A stretch of 64,000 bases of DNA from Eledone cirrhosa (Eukaryota): contig OZ024747.1 of assembly GCA_964016885.1 (NCBI GenBank), positions 79,670,001-79,734,000 of the forward strand, written 5' to 3'. Below, one piece after another: positions 25,080-39,200 of the stretch. The notes beneath the pieces are model-generated. The model saw only the letters and a program-made list of their open reading frames with translations, was not told the origin of the DNA and did not search any database. A program made the translations under genes and the position numbers. Each line of letters starts with the position of its first letter. The stretch's first letter is position 1.

Positions 25080-28030
25080 GATTAACAAAAAATATGACTT
25101 CCGCTGCAATAAAAAATGACTAGCTTTGTAAATGGTATTTCCACCCACATCCTCCCTCTTTTTTCTACAAAGCTAGTCATTTTCGACAGTTTTCCATGTC
25201 ATAATTGTTGATAATATGTGCGAAAAATAGTCAATTGCAGTACCTTTGATGTCAGAGTGGGTGGTAAGAACACACACATACAAAAAAAAAAAAAAGGAAA
25301 CAGGAAGAAAATTGTTCACACTGAGATCAAAAGCATGGTGTGATGTAGAATGGTGTGGTTTGGATTGTTGTAGTTATGACATGGGAACCTATTGCAAATG
25401 TTAGGTTTCCATGTTATATACATTGATAATGTGTAAAAAAATAGTCATTTGTGAGCACCTTTGATATCAGATTGGGTGGTAAGCACACACACACAGAAAA
25501 AAAAAAAACAGGAAGAAAAATGTTCTCACTGAGATTAATAGCATGGTGTGATGTAGTATGGTGTAGTTTGATGTGGTATGGTTTTCCAACCTCCAACATG
25601 CTTAGAGCCGACTATGCTTTTACCATCATTATCATCATTTTACGTCCACATTACCTTGCTTGCAAGGGTGGGACGGGAACTGATTCTGGCTTGATTTCTA
25701 CAGCTGGATGCCCTTCCTAACACCAGAAATGAGATGATAGGGAAACCAGTCCCTATCATCTCATTTCTACAGCTGAGTAAACTGGAGCAATGTGAAATAA
25801 AGTGTCTTGCTCAAGGAAACAACACACCACATGGTCTGAGAATTGAACTCACAACCTTTCGATTGCAAGGCCAATGCTCTAACCACTAAGCCATGTGCCT
25901 CCATTACCATATTAACAACAAATATGACTTTCACTGCAATCAAAAATGACAAGCTTTGTAAATGGTATTTCCACCCACATCCTCCCTCTTTTTTCTACAA
26001 AGCTAGTCATTTTCGACAGTTTTCCATGTCATAATTGTTGATAATATGTACGAAAAATAGTCAATTGCAGTACCTTTGATGTCAGAGTGGGTGGTAAGAA
26101 CACACACAAAAAAAAAAAAAGAAACAGGAAGAAAATGTTTCACACTGAGATCAAAAGCATGGTGTGATGTAGAATGGTGTGGTTTGGATTGTTGTAGTTA
26201 TGACATGGGAACCTATTGCAAATGTTAGGTTTCCATGTTATATACATTGATAATGTGTAAAAAAATAGTCATTTGTGAGCACCTTTGATATCAGATTGGG
26301 TGGTAAGCACACACACACACAGAAAAAAAAAACAGGAAGAAAAATGTTCTCACTGAGATTAATAGCATGGTGTGATGTAGTATGGTGTAGTTTGATGTGG
26401 TATGGTTTTCCAACCTCCAACATGCTTAGAGCCGACTATGCTTTTACCATCATTATCATCATTTTACGTCCACATTACCTTGCTTGCAAGGGTGGGACGG
26501 GAACTGATTCTGGCTTGATTTCTACAGCTGGATGCCCTTCCTAACACCAGAAATGAGATGATAGGGAAACCAGTCCCTATCATCTCATTTCTACAGCTGA
26601 GTAAACTGGAGCAATATGAAATAAAGTGTCTTGCTCAAGGAAACAACACACCACATGGTCTGAGAATTGAACTCACAACCTTTCGATTGCAAGGCCAATG
26701 CTCTAACCACTAAGCCATGTGCCTCCATTACCATATTAACAACAAATATGACTTTCACTGCAATCAAAAATGACAAGCTTTGTAAATGGTATTTCCACCC
26801 ACATCCTCCCTCTTTTTTCTACAAAGCTAGTCATTTTCGACAGTTTTCCATGTCATAATTGTTGATAATATGTGCAAAAAATAGTCAATTGCAGTACCTT
26901 TGATGTCAGAGTGGGTGGTAAGAACACACACAAAAAAAAAAAAAGAAACAGGAAGAAAATTTTTCACACTGAGATCAAAAGCATGGTGTGATGTAGAATG
27001 GTGTGGTTTGGATTGTTGTAGTTATGACATGGGAACCTATTGCAAATGTTAGGTTTCCATGTTATATACATTGATAATGTGTAAAAAAATAGTCATTTGT
27101 GAGCACCTTTGATATCAGATTGGGTGGTAAGCACACACACACAGAAAAAAAAAAACAGGAAGAAAAATGTTCTCACTGAGATTAATAGCATGGTGTGATG
27201 TAGTATGGTGTAGTTTGATGTGGTATGGTTTTCCAACCTCCAACATGCTTAGAGCCGACTATGCTTTTACCATCATTATCATCATTTTACGTCCACATTT
27301 CCTTGCTTGCAAGGGTGGGACGGGAACTGATTCTGGCTTGATTTCTACAGCTGGATGCCCTTCCTAACACCAGAAATGAGATGATAGGGAAACCAGTCCC
27401 TATCATCTCATTTCTACAGCTGAGTAAACTGGAGCAATGTGAAATAAAGTGTCTTGCTCAAGGAAACAACACACCACATGGTCTGAGAATTGAACTCACA
27501 ACCTTTCGATTGCAAGGCCAATGCTCTAACCACTAAGCCATGTGCCTCCATTACCATATTAACAACAAATATGACTTTCACTGCAATCAAAAATGACAAG
27601 CTTTGTAAATGGTATTTCCACCCACATCCTCCCTCTTTTTTCTACAAAGCTAGTCATTTTCGACAGTTTTCCATGTCATAATTGTTGATAATATGTGCAA
27701 AAAATAGTCAATTGCAGTACCTTTGATGTCAGAGTGGGTGGTAAGAACACACACAAAAAAAAAAAAAGAAACAGGAAGAAAATTTTTCACACTGAGATCA
27801 AAATCATGGTGTGATGTAGAATGGTGTGGTTTGGATTGTTGTAGTTATGACATGGGAACCTATTGCAAATGTTAGGTTTCCATGTTATATACATTGATAA
27901 TGTGTAAAAAAATAGTCATTTGTGAGCACCTTTGATATCAGATTGGGTGGTGAGCACACACACACACAGAAAAAAAAAACAGGAAGAAAAATGTTCTCAC
28001 TGAGATTAATAACATGGTGTGATGTAATAT
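25080..28030. repeat. About 824-bp tandem array (about 3.5 units), each with a minus-strand family-2 SINE and a foldback fragment
   Basis: Identical ORF-track peptides at 25843, 26667, 27490 (periods 824, 823). Confidence 0.95.
25624..25902 (-). mobile_element. SINE family 2 (tRNA head, central domain, RTE tail); first of 7 array copies
   Basis: Minus strand: ggaggcacaTGGCTTAGTGGttagagc (A box), GAGTTCAATTC (B box), tccttgagcaagacacttt, then aggaagggcatccagctgtagaaa...ggacgtaaaatgatgat. Confidence 0.85.
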
Positions 28031-28289
28031 GGTGTAGTTTGTTATGGTGTGGTTTGGTGTAGTTTGGTATGGTTTAGTTTGGTGTAGTTATAACATGGAA
28101 ACCTATCATAAATTTACCAAGGTATGGTATAATCTGGTTTGGTGTAGTGTTGGTTAGTGTGGTGTGTTATTGTGTTGCATCGTATAGCGTGATTCTCCTT
28201 AAATTAAAATCATTAAAATATAATGCCTATCTTCTATATCTTAAAGAGTGACCTTAAATGTGATTGCAAATGACTTTTTTCTCTGGATT

Positions 28290-30250
28290 AAAGTTAGATT
28301 TAGGGTTAGTGTTAGGGTAAGTTTTACTGTTAATGGTAAGTTTATTGTTAGTGATTGTGTCACTGTTAGCATTACTGTCACTGTTAGTGTTACTGTAACT
28401 GTTACTCTTACAGTTACTGTTTGCGTTACTGTCTGCATCAGCGTTAGCATTTGCATAAGCGTCTATGTAAGCTTTTGTGTTAGTGTCTATGTAGACTGGT
28501 GTTAGCATCTGCGTTAGTGTTTGGATTAGCCTTAGTGTTTGCGTAAGTGTCAGCATCTATGTCAGCGTCTGCATTGGTGATAGTGATTGTGTCAGCATTT
28601 CCCGTAGCGTCTGAGTCAACATTAGTGTTAGCATTAGTGTTTGTTTCAGTGCCTACGTCAGCTTCTGAGTCAGCACTTGTGTCAGTGTCAGCATTTCCCT
28701 CAGTGTCAGCGTTTGCATCAGCGTGCACGTCAGCATTTGCATTAGTGTTTGAGTCAGTGTTAGCATCAGCGTTTGCATTTGTGTAGGAGTTAACATTTGC
28801 GTCAGCATTCACATTAGCATTAGCGTTTGCGACAGCGTTTCCGTTAACGTCTTTGTCAGCATTTCCGTTAGCGTCTGTGTCAGTTCAGTGTTTCCGTTAG
28901 CATCTATGTCAGTGTTTCCGTTAGCATCTATGTCAGTGTTTCCGTTAGCTTCTACGTCAGTGTTTCCGTTAGCTTCTACGTCAGTGTTTCCGTGAGCATC
29001 TACGTCAGTGTTTCCGTTAGCTTCTATGTCAGTGTTTCCGTGAGCATCTACGTCAGTGTTTCCGTTAGCTTCTACGTCAGTGTTTCCGTTAGCTTCTACG
29101 TCAGTGTTTCCATTAGCTTCTACGTCAGCGTTTCCGACCGCGTCTGTGTCAGCGTCAGTATTTACATCTACATCAGCGTTAGCATTTCAGTTAATGTCAG
29201 TGTTTAAGTTAGCATCTGTGTCAGCGTTTACGTTAGCTTCTACGTCAGCGTTTCCGTAACGTCTGTGTCAGCGTTTTCCGTTAGCATTGGCGTTTCCATC
29301 AACCTTTCCTGTGGCATCCGCATCATTGCAGCGTCTGCATATCCCATGTAAGCATTAACTTCAGCATTTGCGTCAGCGTTAGCGTTAGCCTTAACCCTAG
29401 CGTCCGCATCAGCATTTGCATTAGCGTCAGCATACACGTCAGCGCCTGGCAATACTGCCTCAACATTTGCGTCAGCGTTAGCTTGGCTTTGGCTTCAGCA
29501 ATCCGCATCAGCAATTGCGTTTTGGAGATCAGCTTCGGCGGTAAGGGTAAACGCTAACTTCTACGCCTGCTTCTACGTAACAACTACGTCAGCGTTTTGT
29601 TAGCTTCTACGTCAGCATCTACGTTAGCTTCTACGTCAGCGCTTACATTAGTGTCTGCGTCAGCGTTTGTGTTAGCTTCTACATCAGCGTCTGTGTCAGT
29701 GTCTGTATTTACATTTGCGTCTGTGTCAGCGTTTACATTAGCTTCTACGTCATCGTTTACATTAGCGTCTGTGTCAACGTGTGTTAGCATCTGTGTCAGC
29801 GTTTATGTTAACGTCTGCGACAGTGTTTATATTAGCATCTGCGTCAGTGTTTACGTTAGCATCTGTGTTAACGTGTGTTAGCGTCTGCGTCAGCATTTTC
29901 ATTAGTGTTTCCTTTAGATTCTACGTCAATGTTTATGTCTGCGTTAAGGTTCACATTAGCATCGCTGTCATCGTTTGCATTAACATCTGCATCAACATTT
30001 GCGTCTGTGTTTGCATTAGTATCTGCATTTGCTTTTTTTATATCATTGTGAGCATTTGTGTCCACGTCAGCGTTAGAGTCTGTGTAGCATTTACATCAGC
30101 GTGTGCGTCAGAGTCTTTGTCAGCATTCGCCTTTGCACCTGCATCAGTATTCACGTTAGTGTTTGTGTCAGTGAAAGCGATTGTCAACATTTGCACTAGC
30201 GTTTGTGCCAGCATAGCCATCTTCGTCAATGTCAGCGTTGGTGTTAGTGT
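28290..30250. repeat. Degenerate GCGTTA/GCGTCA/GCATTA hexamer tract with 24-bp sub-repeat GTCAGTGTTTCCGTTAGCTTCTAC
   Basis: 6-bp periodicity; duplicated at 49.0-50.9 kb with fewer 24-mers. Confidence 0.85.
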
Positions 30251-33200
30251 TAGTGTTTGATTTTGTATTAGTGTTAGCATTTTTGTTAGTGTTAGTGTTC
30301 AGGTTAATGTTGACTTAGTTTTCTGGTTAGTGTTAGTTTTCAGGTTAGGGCTTGTGTTACTTTTAGTGTTAGTGCTCAGGTTAGTGGTTTATGGTAGTGT
30401 TAGTGTTCAGGTTAATGTTCGTGTTAATGTCAGTTTTAGTGTTAGTGTTCAGGTTAGTGTTAGTGTTTACGGTAGTTTTAGTGTTCGTGTTATTTTTTCC
30501 ATTAGTGTTAGTGTTTTATTTTGTGTTAATGTTTGTGTTAGTGTTTCCATTAGTGTTAGTGCTAGTCTTTGTTTTTCTGTTAATGTTAGTATTTGTTTTA
30601 GTGTTGAGGTTAATGTTAGCTTAGTTTTCTGGTTAGTATCAGTTTTCGTGTTAGTGTTAGTTTTGATGGTAGTATTAGTGTTACTGTTAGTGCTCAGATC
30701 AGTGTTAGTGTTTGTGTTACTGTTTATGGTAGTGTTAGTTTTAGTGTAAGTGTTAATGTTAGTTTTAGTGTTAAGGTTAGCGTTAGAGATTGTATTAGTG
30801 TTAGTATTTGTTTTTGTGTTAATATTTGTGTTAGTATCTCTGTTAGCATTAGTGTTTGATGTTTCCATTAGTGTTAGTGATTGTGTAAGCATTAGTCTTT
30901 CTTTTTGTGTTAAGGTTAGCGTTAATGTTAACATTAATATTTCTGTTAGTGTTAGCATTAGTGTTTCTGTTGATGTTCAGGTTAATGTTAGCTTAGTTTT
31001 CAGGTTAGAGTTAGTGTTCAAGTTAATGTTAGTTTTAGTGTTAGTGTTGAGGTTAGTGTTAGAGATCATGTTTGTTTTTGTGTTAATATTTGTGTTAGTA
31101 TCTCTGTTAGCGTTAGTGTTTGTTTTAGCGTTGAAGTTAATGTTTGCTTAGTTTTCTGCTTAGTATCAGTTTTCAGATTAGTGTTTGTGTTAGTGCTCAG
31201 GTCAGTGTTAGTGTTTATGGTAGTGTTAGTTTTAGTGGTAGTGTTAGTGTTCAGGTTAATGTTCGTGTTAATGTCAGTTTTAGTGTTAGTGTTAGTGTTC
31301 AGGTTAATGTTCGTGTTAATGTCAGTTTTAGTGTTAGTGTTATTTTTTCCATTAGTGTTAGTGTTTTATTTTGTGTTAATGTTTGTGTTAGTGTTTCCAT
31401 TAGTGTTAGTGCTAGTCTTTGTTTTTCTGTTAATGTTAGTGTTTGTTTTAGTGTTGAGGTTAATAGCTTAGTTTTCTGGTTAGTATCAGTTTCCGCGTTA
31501 GTTTTAGTGTTAGTTTTTATGGTAGTGTTAGTGCTCAGATCAGTGTTACTGTTTATGGTAGTGTTAGTTTTAGTGTTAAGGTTAGTGTTAGCGATTGTGT
31601 TAGTGTTAGTATTTGTTTTTGCGTTAATATTTGTGTTAGTATCTCTGTTAGCATTAGTGTTTGATGTTTCCATTAGTGTTAGTGATTGTGTTAGCGTTAA
31701 TCTTTGTTTCTGTGTTAAGGTTAGCATTAGTATTTCTGTTAGTGTTAGCATTAGTGTTTATGTTAATGTTCAGGTTAATGTTAGCTTAGTTTTCAGGTTA
31801 GAGTTAGTGTTCAAGTTAATGTTAGTTTTAGTGTTAGTGTTGAGGTTAGTGTTAGAGATTGTTTTTGTGTTGATATTTGTGTTAGTATCTCTGTTAGCGT
31901 TAGTGTTTGTTTTAGTGTTGAAGTTAATGTTAGCTTAGTTTTCTGCTTAGTATGAGTTTTCAGATTAGTGTTTGTGTTAGTGCTCAGGCAGGTCAGTGTT
32001 AGTGTTTATGGTAGTGTTAGTTTTAGTGTTAGTGTTCAGGTTAATGTTCGTGTTAATGTCAGTTTTAGTGTTAGTGTTTACAGTAGTGTTAGTTTTAATG
32101 TTAGTGTTTTATTTTTTGTTAATGTTTGTGTTAGTGTTTCCATTAGTGTTAGTGCTAGTCTTTGTTTTTCTGTTAATGTTAGTGTTTGTTTTAGTGTTGA
32201 GGTTAATGTTAGCTTAGTTTTCTGGTTAGTACCAGTTTTCGTGTTAGTTTTAGTGTTAGTTTTGATGGTAGTGTTAGTGTTACTGTTTATGGTAGTGTTA
32301 GTTTTAGTGTAAGTGTTAATGTTAATGTTAGTGTTAAGGTTAGTGTTAGAGATTGTTTTAGTGTTAGTATTTGTTTTTGTGTTAATATTTGTGTTAATAT
32401 CTCTGTTAGCATTAGTGTTTGATGTTTCTATTAGTTTTAGTGATTGTGTAAGCATTAGTCTTTCTTTTAGTGCTAAGGTTAGCGTTAATGTTAGCATTAG
32501 TATTTCTGTTAGTGTTAGCATTAGTGTTTATGTTAATGTTCAGGTTAATGTTAGCTTAGTTTTCAGGTTAGAGTTAGTGTTCAAGTTAATGTTAGTTTTA
32601 GTGTTAGTATTGAGGTTAGTGTTAGAGATTGTGTTTGTTTTTGTGTTAATATTTGTGTTAGTATCTCTGTTAGCGTTAGTATTTGTTTTAGTGTTGAAGT
32701 TAATGTTTGCTTAGTTTTCTGCTTAGTATAAGTTTTCAGATTAGTGTTTGTGTTAGTGCTCAGGTCAGTGTTAGTGTTTATGGTAGTGTTAGTTTTAGTG
32801 GTAGTGTTCGTGTATAGGTTAATGTTCGTGTTAATGTCAGTTTTAGTGTTAGTGTTCAGGTTAGTGTTAGTGTTTACAGTAGTGTTAGTTTTTCCATTAG
32901 TGTTAGTGTTTTATTTTGTATTAATGTTTGTGTTAGTGTTTCCATTAGTGTTAGTGCTAGTCTTTGTTTTTCTGTTAATGTTAGTGTTTGTTTTAGTGTT
33001 GAGGTTAATAGCTTAGTTTTCTGGTTAGTATCAGTTTTAGTGTTAGTGTTTTTTTAGTGTTAGTTAGTTTTTATGGTAGTGTTAGTGTTAGTGCTCAGAT
33101 CAGTGTTAGTGTTTGTGTTACTGTTTATAGTAGTGTTAGTTTTAATGTAAGTGTTAATGTTAGTTTTAGTGTTAAGGTTAGTGTTAGTGTTAGTATTTGT

Positions 33201-36200
33201 TTTTGCGTTAATATATGTGTTAGTATCTCTGTTAGCATTAGTGTTTGATGTTTCCATTAGTGTTAGTGATTGTGTTAGCGTTAGTCTTTGTTTTTGTGTT
33301 AAGGTTAGCGTTAATGTTAGCATTAGTATTTCTGTTAGTGTTAGCATTAGTGTTTATGTTAATGTTCAGGTTAATGTTAGCTTAGTTTTCAGGTTAGAGT
33401 TAGTGTTCAAGTTAATGTTAGTTTTAGTGTTAGTGTTGAGGTTAGGTTAGTGTTAGAGATTGTGTTAGTGTTTGTTTTTGTGTTAATATTTGTGTTAGTA
33501 TCTCTGTTAGCGTTAGTGTTTATTTTAGCGTTGAAGTTAATGTTAGCTTAGTTTTCTGCTTAGTATCAGTTTTCAGATTAGTGTTTGTGTTAGTGCTCAG
33601 GTCAGTGTTAGTGTTTATGGTAGTGATAGTTTTAGTGGTAGTGTTAGTGTTCAGGTTAATGTTCGTGTTAATTTTAGTGTTAGTGTTCCGGTTAGTGTTA
33701 GTGTTTACAGTAGTGTTAGTTTTAATGTTAGTGTTTTATTTTGTGATAATGTTTGTGTTAGTGTTTCCATTAGTGTTAGTGCTAGTCTTTGTTTTTCTGT
33801 TAATGTTAGTATTTGTTTTAGTGTTGAGGTTAATGTTAGCTTAGTTTTCTGGTTAGTATCAGTTTTCGTGTTAGTGTTAGTTTTGATGGTAGTATTAGTG
33901 TTACTGTTAGTGCTCAGATCAGTGTTAGTGTTTGTGTTACTGTTTATGGTAGTGTTAGTTTTAGTATAAGTGTTAATGTTAGTTTTAGTGTTAAGGTTAG
34001 TGTTAGAGATTGTATTAGTGTTAGTATTTGTTTTTGTGTTAATATTTGTGTTAGTATCTCTGTTAGCATTAGTGTTTGATGTTTCCATTAGTGTTAGTGA
34101 TTGTGTAAGCATTAGTCTTTCTTTTTGTGTTAAGGTTAGCGTTAATGTTAACATTAATATTTCTGTTAGTGTTAGCATTAGTGTTTCTGTTGATGTTCAG
34201 GTTAATGTTAGCTTAGTTTTCAGGTTAGAGTTAGTGTTCAAGTTAATGTTAGTTTTAGTGTTAGTGTTGAGGTTAGTGTTAGAGATCATGTTTGTTTTTG
34301 TGTTAATATTTGTGTTAGTATCTCTGTTAGCGTTAGTGTTTGTTTTAGCGTTGAAGTTAATGTTTGCTTAGTTTTCTGCTTAGTATCAGTTTTCAGATTA
34401 GTGTTTGTGTTAGTGCTCAGGTCAGTGTTAGTGTTTATGGTAGTGTTAGTTTTAGTGGTAGTGTTAGTGTTCAGGTTAATGTTCGTGTTAATGTCAGTTT
34501 TAGTGTTAGTGTTATTTTTTCCATTAGTGTTAGTGTTTTATTTTGTGTTAATGTTTGTGTTAGTGTTTCTATTAGTGTTAGTGCTAGTCTTTGTTTTTCT
34601 GTTAATGTTAGTGTTTGTTTTAGTGTTGAGGTTAATAGCTTAGTTTTCTGGTTAGTATCAGTTTCCGCGTTAGTTTTAGTGTTAGTTTTTATGGTAGTGT
34701 TAGTGCTCAGATCAGTGTTACTGTTTATGGTAGTGTTAGTTTTAGTGTTAAGGTTAGTGTTAGCGATTGTGTTAGTGTTAGTATTTGTTTTTGCGTTAAT
34801 ATTTGTGTTAGTATCTCTGTTAGCATTAGTGTTTGATGTTTCCATTAGTGTTAGTGATTGTGTTAGCGTTAATCTTTGTTTCTGTGTTAAGGTTAGCATT
34901 AGTATTTCTGTTAGTGTTAGCATTAGTGTTTATGTTAATGTTCAGGTTAATGTTAGCTTAGTTTTCAGGTTAGAGTTAGTGTTCAAGTTAATGTTAGTGT
35001 TAGTGTTGAGGTTAGTGTTAGAGATTGTGTTTGTTTTTGTGTTGATATTTGTGTTAGTATCTCTGTTAGCGTTAGTGTTTGTTTTAGCGTTGAAGTTAAT
35101 GTTAGCTTAGTTTTCTGCTTAGTATGAGTTTTCAGATTAGTGTTTGTGTTAGTGCTCAGGCAGGTCAGTGTTAGTGTTTATGGTAGTGTTAGTTTTAGTG
35201 TTAGTGTTCAGGTTAATGTTCGTGTTAATGTCAGTTTTAGTGTTAGTGTTTACAGTAGTGTTAGTTTTAATGTTAGTGTTTTATTTTGTGATAATGTTTG
35301 TGTTAGTGTTTCCATTAGTGTTAGTGCTAGTCTTTGTTTTTCTGTTAATGTTAGTGTTTGTTTTAGTGTTGAGGTTAATGTTAGCTTAGTTTTCTGGTTA
35401 GTATCAGTTTTCGTGTTAGTTTTAGTGTTAGTTTTGATGGTAGTGTTAGTGTTACTGTTTATGGTAGTGTTAGTTTTAGTGTAAGTGTTAATGTTAGTTT
35501 TAGTGTTAAGGTTAGCGTTAGAGATTGTATTAGTGTTAGTATTTGTTTTTGTGTTAATATTTGTGTTAGTATCTCTGTTAGCATTAGTGTTTGATGTTTC
35601 CATTAGTGTTAGTGATTGTGTAAGCATTAGTCTTTCTTTTTGTGTTAAGGTTAGCGTTAATGTTAACATTAATATTTCTGTTAGTGTTAGCATTAGTGTT
35701 TCTGTTGATGTTCAGGTTAATGTTAGCTTAGTTTTCAGGTTAGAGTTAGTGTTCAAGTTAATGTTAGTTTTAGTGTTAGTGTTGAGGTTAGTGTTAGAGA
35801 TCATGTTTGTTTTTGTGTTAATATTTGTGTTAGTATCTCTGTTAGCGTTAGTGTTTGTTTTAGCGTTGAAGTTAATGTTTGCTTAGTTTTCTGCTTAGTA
35901 TCAGTTTTCAGATTAGTGTTTGTGTTAGTGCTCAGGTCAGTGTTAGTGTTTATGGTAGTGTTAGTTTTAGTGGTAGTGTTAGTGTTCAGGTTAATGTTCG
36001 TGTTAATGTCAGTTTTAGTGTTAGTGTTAGTGTTCAGGTTAATGTTCGTGTTAATGTCAGTTTTAGTGTTAGTGTTATTTTTTCCATTAGTGTTAGTGTT
36101 TTATTTTGTGTTAATGTTTGTGTTAGTGTTTCCATTAGTGTTAGTGCTAGTCTTTGTTTTTCTGTTAATGTTAGTGTTTGTTTTAGTGTTGAGGTTAATA

Positions 36201-39200
36201 GCTTAGTTTTCTGGTTAGTATCAGTTTCCGCGTTAGTTTTAGTGTTAGTTTTTATGGTAGTGTTAGTGCTCAGATCAGTGTTACTGTTTATGGTAGTGTT
36301 AGTTTTAGTGTTAAGGTTAGTGTTAGCGATTGTGTTAGTGTTAGTATTTGTTTTTGCGTTAATATTTGTGTTAGTATCTCTGTTAGCATTAGTGTTTGAT
36401 GTTTCCATTAGTGTTAGTGATTGTGTTAGCGTTAATCTTTGTTTCTGTGTTAAGGTTAGCATTAGTATTTCTGTTAGTGTTAGCATTAGTGTTTATGTTA
36501 ATGTTCAGGTTAATGTTAGCTTAGTTTTCAGGTTAGAGTTAGTGTTCAAGTTAATGTTAGTTTTAGTGTTAGTGTTGAGGTTAGTGTTAGAGATTGTTTT
36601 TGTGTTGATATTTGTGTTAGTATCTCTGTTAGCGTTAGTGTTTGTTTTAGTGTTGAAGTTAATGTTAGCTTAGTTTTCTGCTTAGTATGAGTTTTCAGAT
36701 TAGTGTTTGTGTTAGTGCTCAGGCAGGTCAGTGTTAGTGTTTATGGTAGTGTTAGTTTTAGTGTTAGTGTTCAGGTTAATGTTCGTGTTAATGTCAGTTT
36801 TAGTGTTAGTGTTTACAGTAGTGTTAGTTTTAATGTTAGTGTTTTATTTTTTGTTAATGTTTGTGTTAGTGTTTCCATTAGTGTTAGTGCTAGTCTTTGT
36901 TTTTCTGTTAATGTTAGTGTTTGTTTTAGTGTTGAGGTTAATGTTAGCTTAGTTTTCTGGTTAGTACCAGTTTTCGTGTTAGTTTTAGTGTTAGTTTTGA
37001 TGGTAGTGTTAGTGTTACTGTTTATGGTAGTGTTAGTTTTAGTGTAAGTGTTAATGTTAATGTTAGTGTTAAGGTTAGTGTTAGAGATTGTTTTAGTGTT
37101 AGTATTTGTTTTTGTGTTAATATTTGTGTTAATATCTCTGTTAGCATTAGTGTTTGATGTTTCCATTAGTTTTAGTGATTGTGTAAGCATTAGTCTTTCT
37201 TTTAGTGCTAAGGTTAGCGTTAATGTTAGCATTAGTATTTCTGTTAGTGTTAGCATTAGTGTTTATGTTAATGTTCAGGTTAATGTTAGCTTAGTTTTCA
37301 GGTTAGAGTTAGTGTTCAAGTTAATGTTAGTTTTAGTGTTAGTATTGAGGTTAGTGTTAGAGATTGTGTTTGTTTTTGTGTTAATATTTGTGTTAGTATC
37401 TCTGTTAGCGTTAGTATTTGTTTTAGTGTTGAAGTTAATGTTTGCTTAGTTTTCTGCTTAGTATAAGTTTTCAGATTAGTGTTTGTGTTAGTGCTCAGGT
37501 CAGTGTTAGTGTTTATGGTAGTGTTAGTTTTAGTGGTAGTGTTCGTGTATAGGTTAATGTTCGTGTTAATGTCAGTTTTAGTGTTAGTGTTCAGGTTAGT
37601 GTTAGTGTTTACAGTAGTGTTAGTTTTTCCATTAGTGTTAGTGTTTTATTTTGTATTAATGTTTGTGTTAGTGTTTCCATTAGTGTTAGTGCTAGTCTTT
37701 GTTTTTCTGTTAATGTTAGTGTTTGTTTTAGTGTTGAGGTTAATAGCTTAGTTTTCTGGTTAGTATCAGTTTTAGTGTTAGTGTTTTTTTAGTGTTAGTT
37801 AGTTTTTATGGTAGTGTTAGTGTTAGTGCTCAGATCAGTGTTTGTGTTTGTGTTACTGTTTATAGTAGTGTTAGTTTTAATGTAAGTGTTAATGTTAGTT
37901 TTAGTGTTAAGGTTAGTGTTAGTGTTAGTATTTGTTTTTGCGTTAATATATGTGTTAGTATCTCTGTTAGCATTAGTGTTTGATGTTTCCATTAGTGTTA
38001 GTGATTGTGTTAGCGTTAGTCTTTGTTTTTGTGTTAAGGTTAGCGTTAATGTTAGCATTAGTATTTCTGTTAGTGTTAGCATTAGTGTTTATGTTAATGT
38101 TCAGGTTAATGTTAGCTTAGTTTTCAGGTTAGAGTTAGTGTTCAAGTTAATGTTAGTTTTAGTGTTAGTGTTGAGGTTAGGTTAGTGTTAGAGATTGTGT
38201 TAGTGTTTGTTTTTGTGTTAATATTTGTGTTAGTATCTCTGTTAGCGTTAGTGTTTATTTTAGCGTTGAAGTTAATGTTAGCTTAGTTTTCTGCTTAGTA
38301 TCAGTTTTCAGATTAGTGTTTGTGTTAGTGCTCAGGTCAGTGTTAGTGTTTATGGTAGTGATAGTTTTAGTGGTAGTGTTAGTGTTCAGGTTAATGTTCG
38401 TGTTAATTTTAGTGTTAGTGTTCCGGTTAGTGTTAGTGTTTACAGTAGTGTTAGTTTTAATGTTAGTGTTTTATTTTGTGATAATGTTTGTGTTAGTGTT
38501 TCCATTAGTGTTAGTGCTAGTCTTTGTTTTTCTGTTAATGTTAGTATTTGTTTTAGTGTTGAGGTTAATGTTAGCTTAGTTTTCTGGTTAGTATCAGTTT
38601 TCGTGTTAGTGTTAGTTTTGATGGTAGTATTAGTGTTACTGTTAGTGCTCAGATCAGTGTTAGTGTTTGTGTTACTGTTTATGGTAGTGTTAGTTTTAGT
38701 ATAAGTGTTAATGTTAGTTTTAGTGTTAAGGTTAGTGTTAGAGATTGTATTAGTGTTAGTATTTGTTTTTGTGTTAATATTTGTGTTAGTATCTCTGTTA
38801 GCATTAGTGTTTGATGTTTCCATTAGTGTTAGTGATTGTGTAAGCATTAGTCTTTCTTTTTGTGTTAAGGTTAGCGTTAATGTTAACATTAATATTTCTG
38901 TTAGTGTTAGCATTAGTGTTTCTGTTGATGTTCAGGTTAATGTTAGCTTAGTTTTCAGGTTAGAGTTAGTGTTCAAGTTAATGTTAGTTTTAGTGTTAGT
39001 GTTGAGGTTAGTGTTAGAGATCATGTTTGTTTTTGTGTTAATATTTGTGTTAGTATCTCTGTTAGCGTTAGTGTTTGTTTTAGCGTTGAAGTTAATGTTT
39101 GCTTAGTTTTCTGCTTAGTATCAGTTTTCAGATTAGTGTTTGTGTTAGTGCTCAGGTCAGTGTTAGTGTTTATGGTAGTGTTAGTTTTAGTGGTAGTGTT

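Noticed and set aside
25830-25902. tRNA genes in the 825-bp arrays
   Set aside because: A/B boxes are present but there is no proper cloverleaf acceptor stem; contiguous with SINE body and RTE tail.
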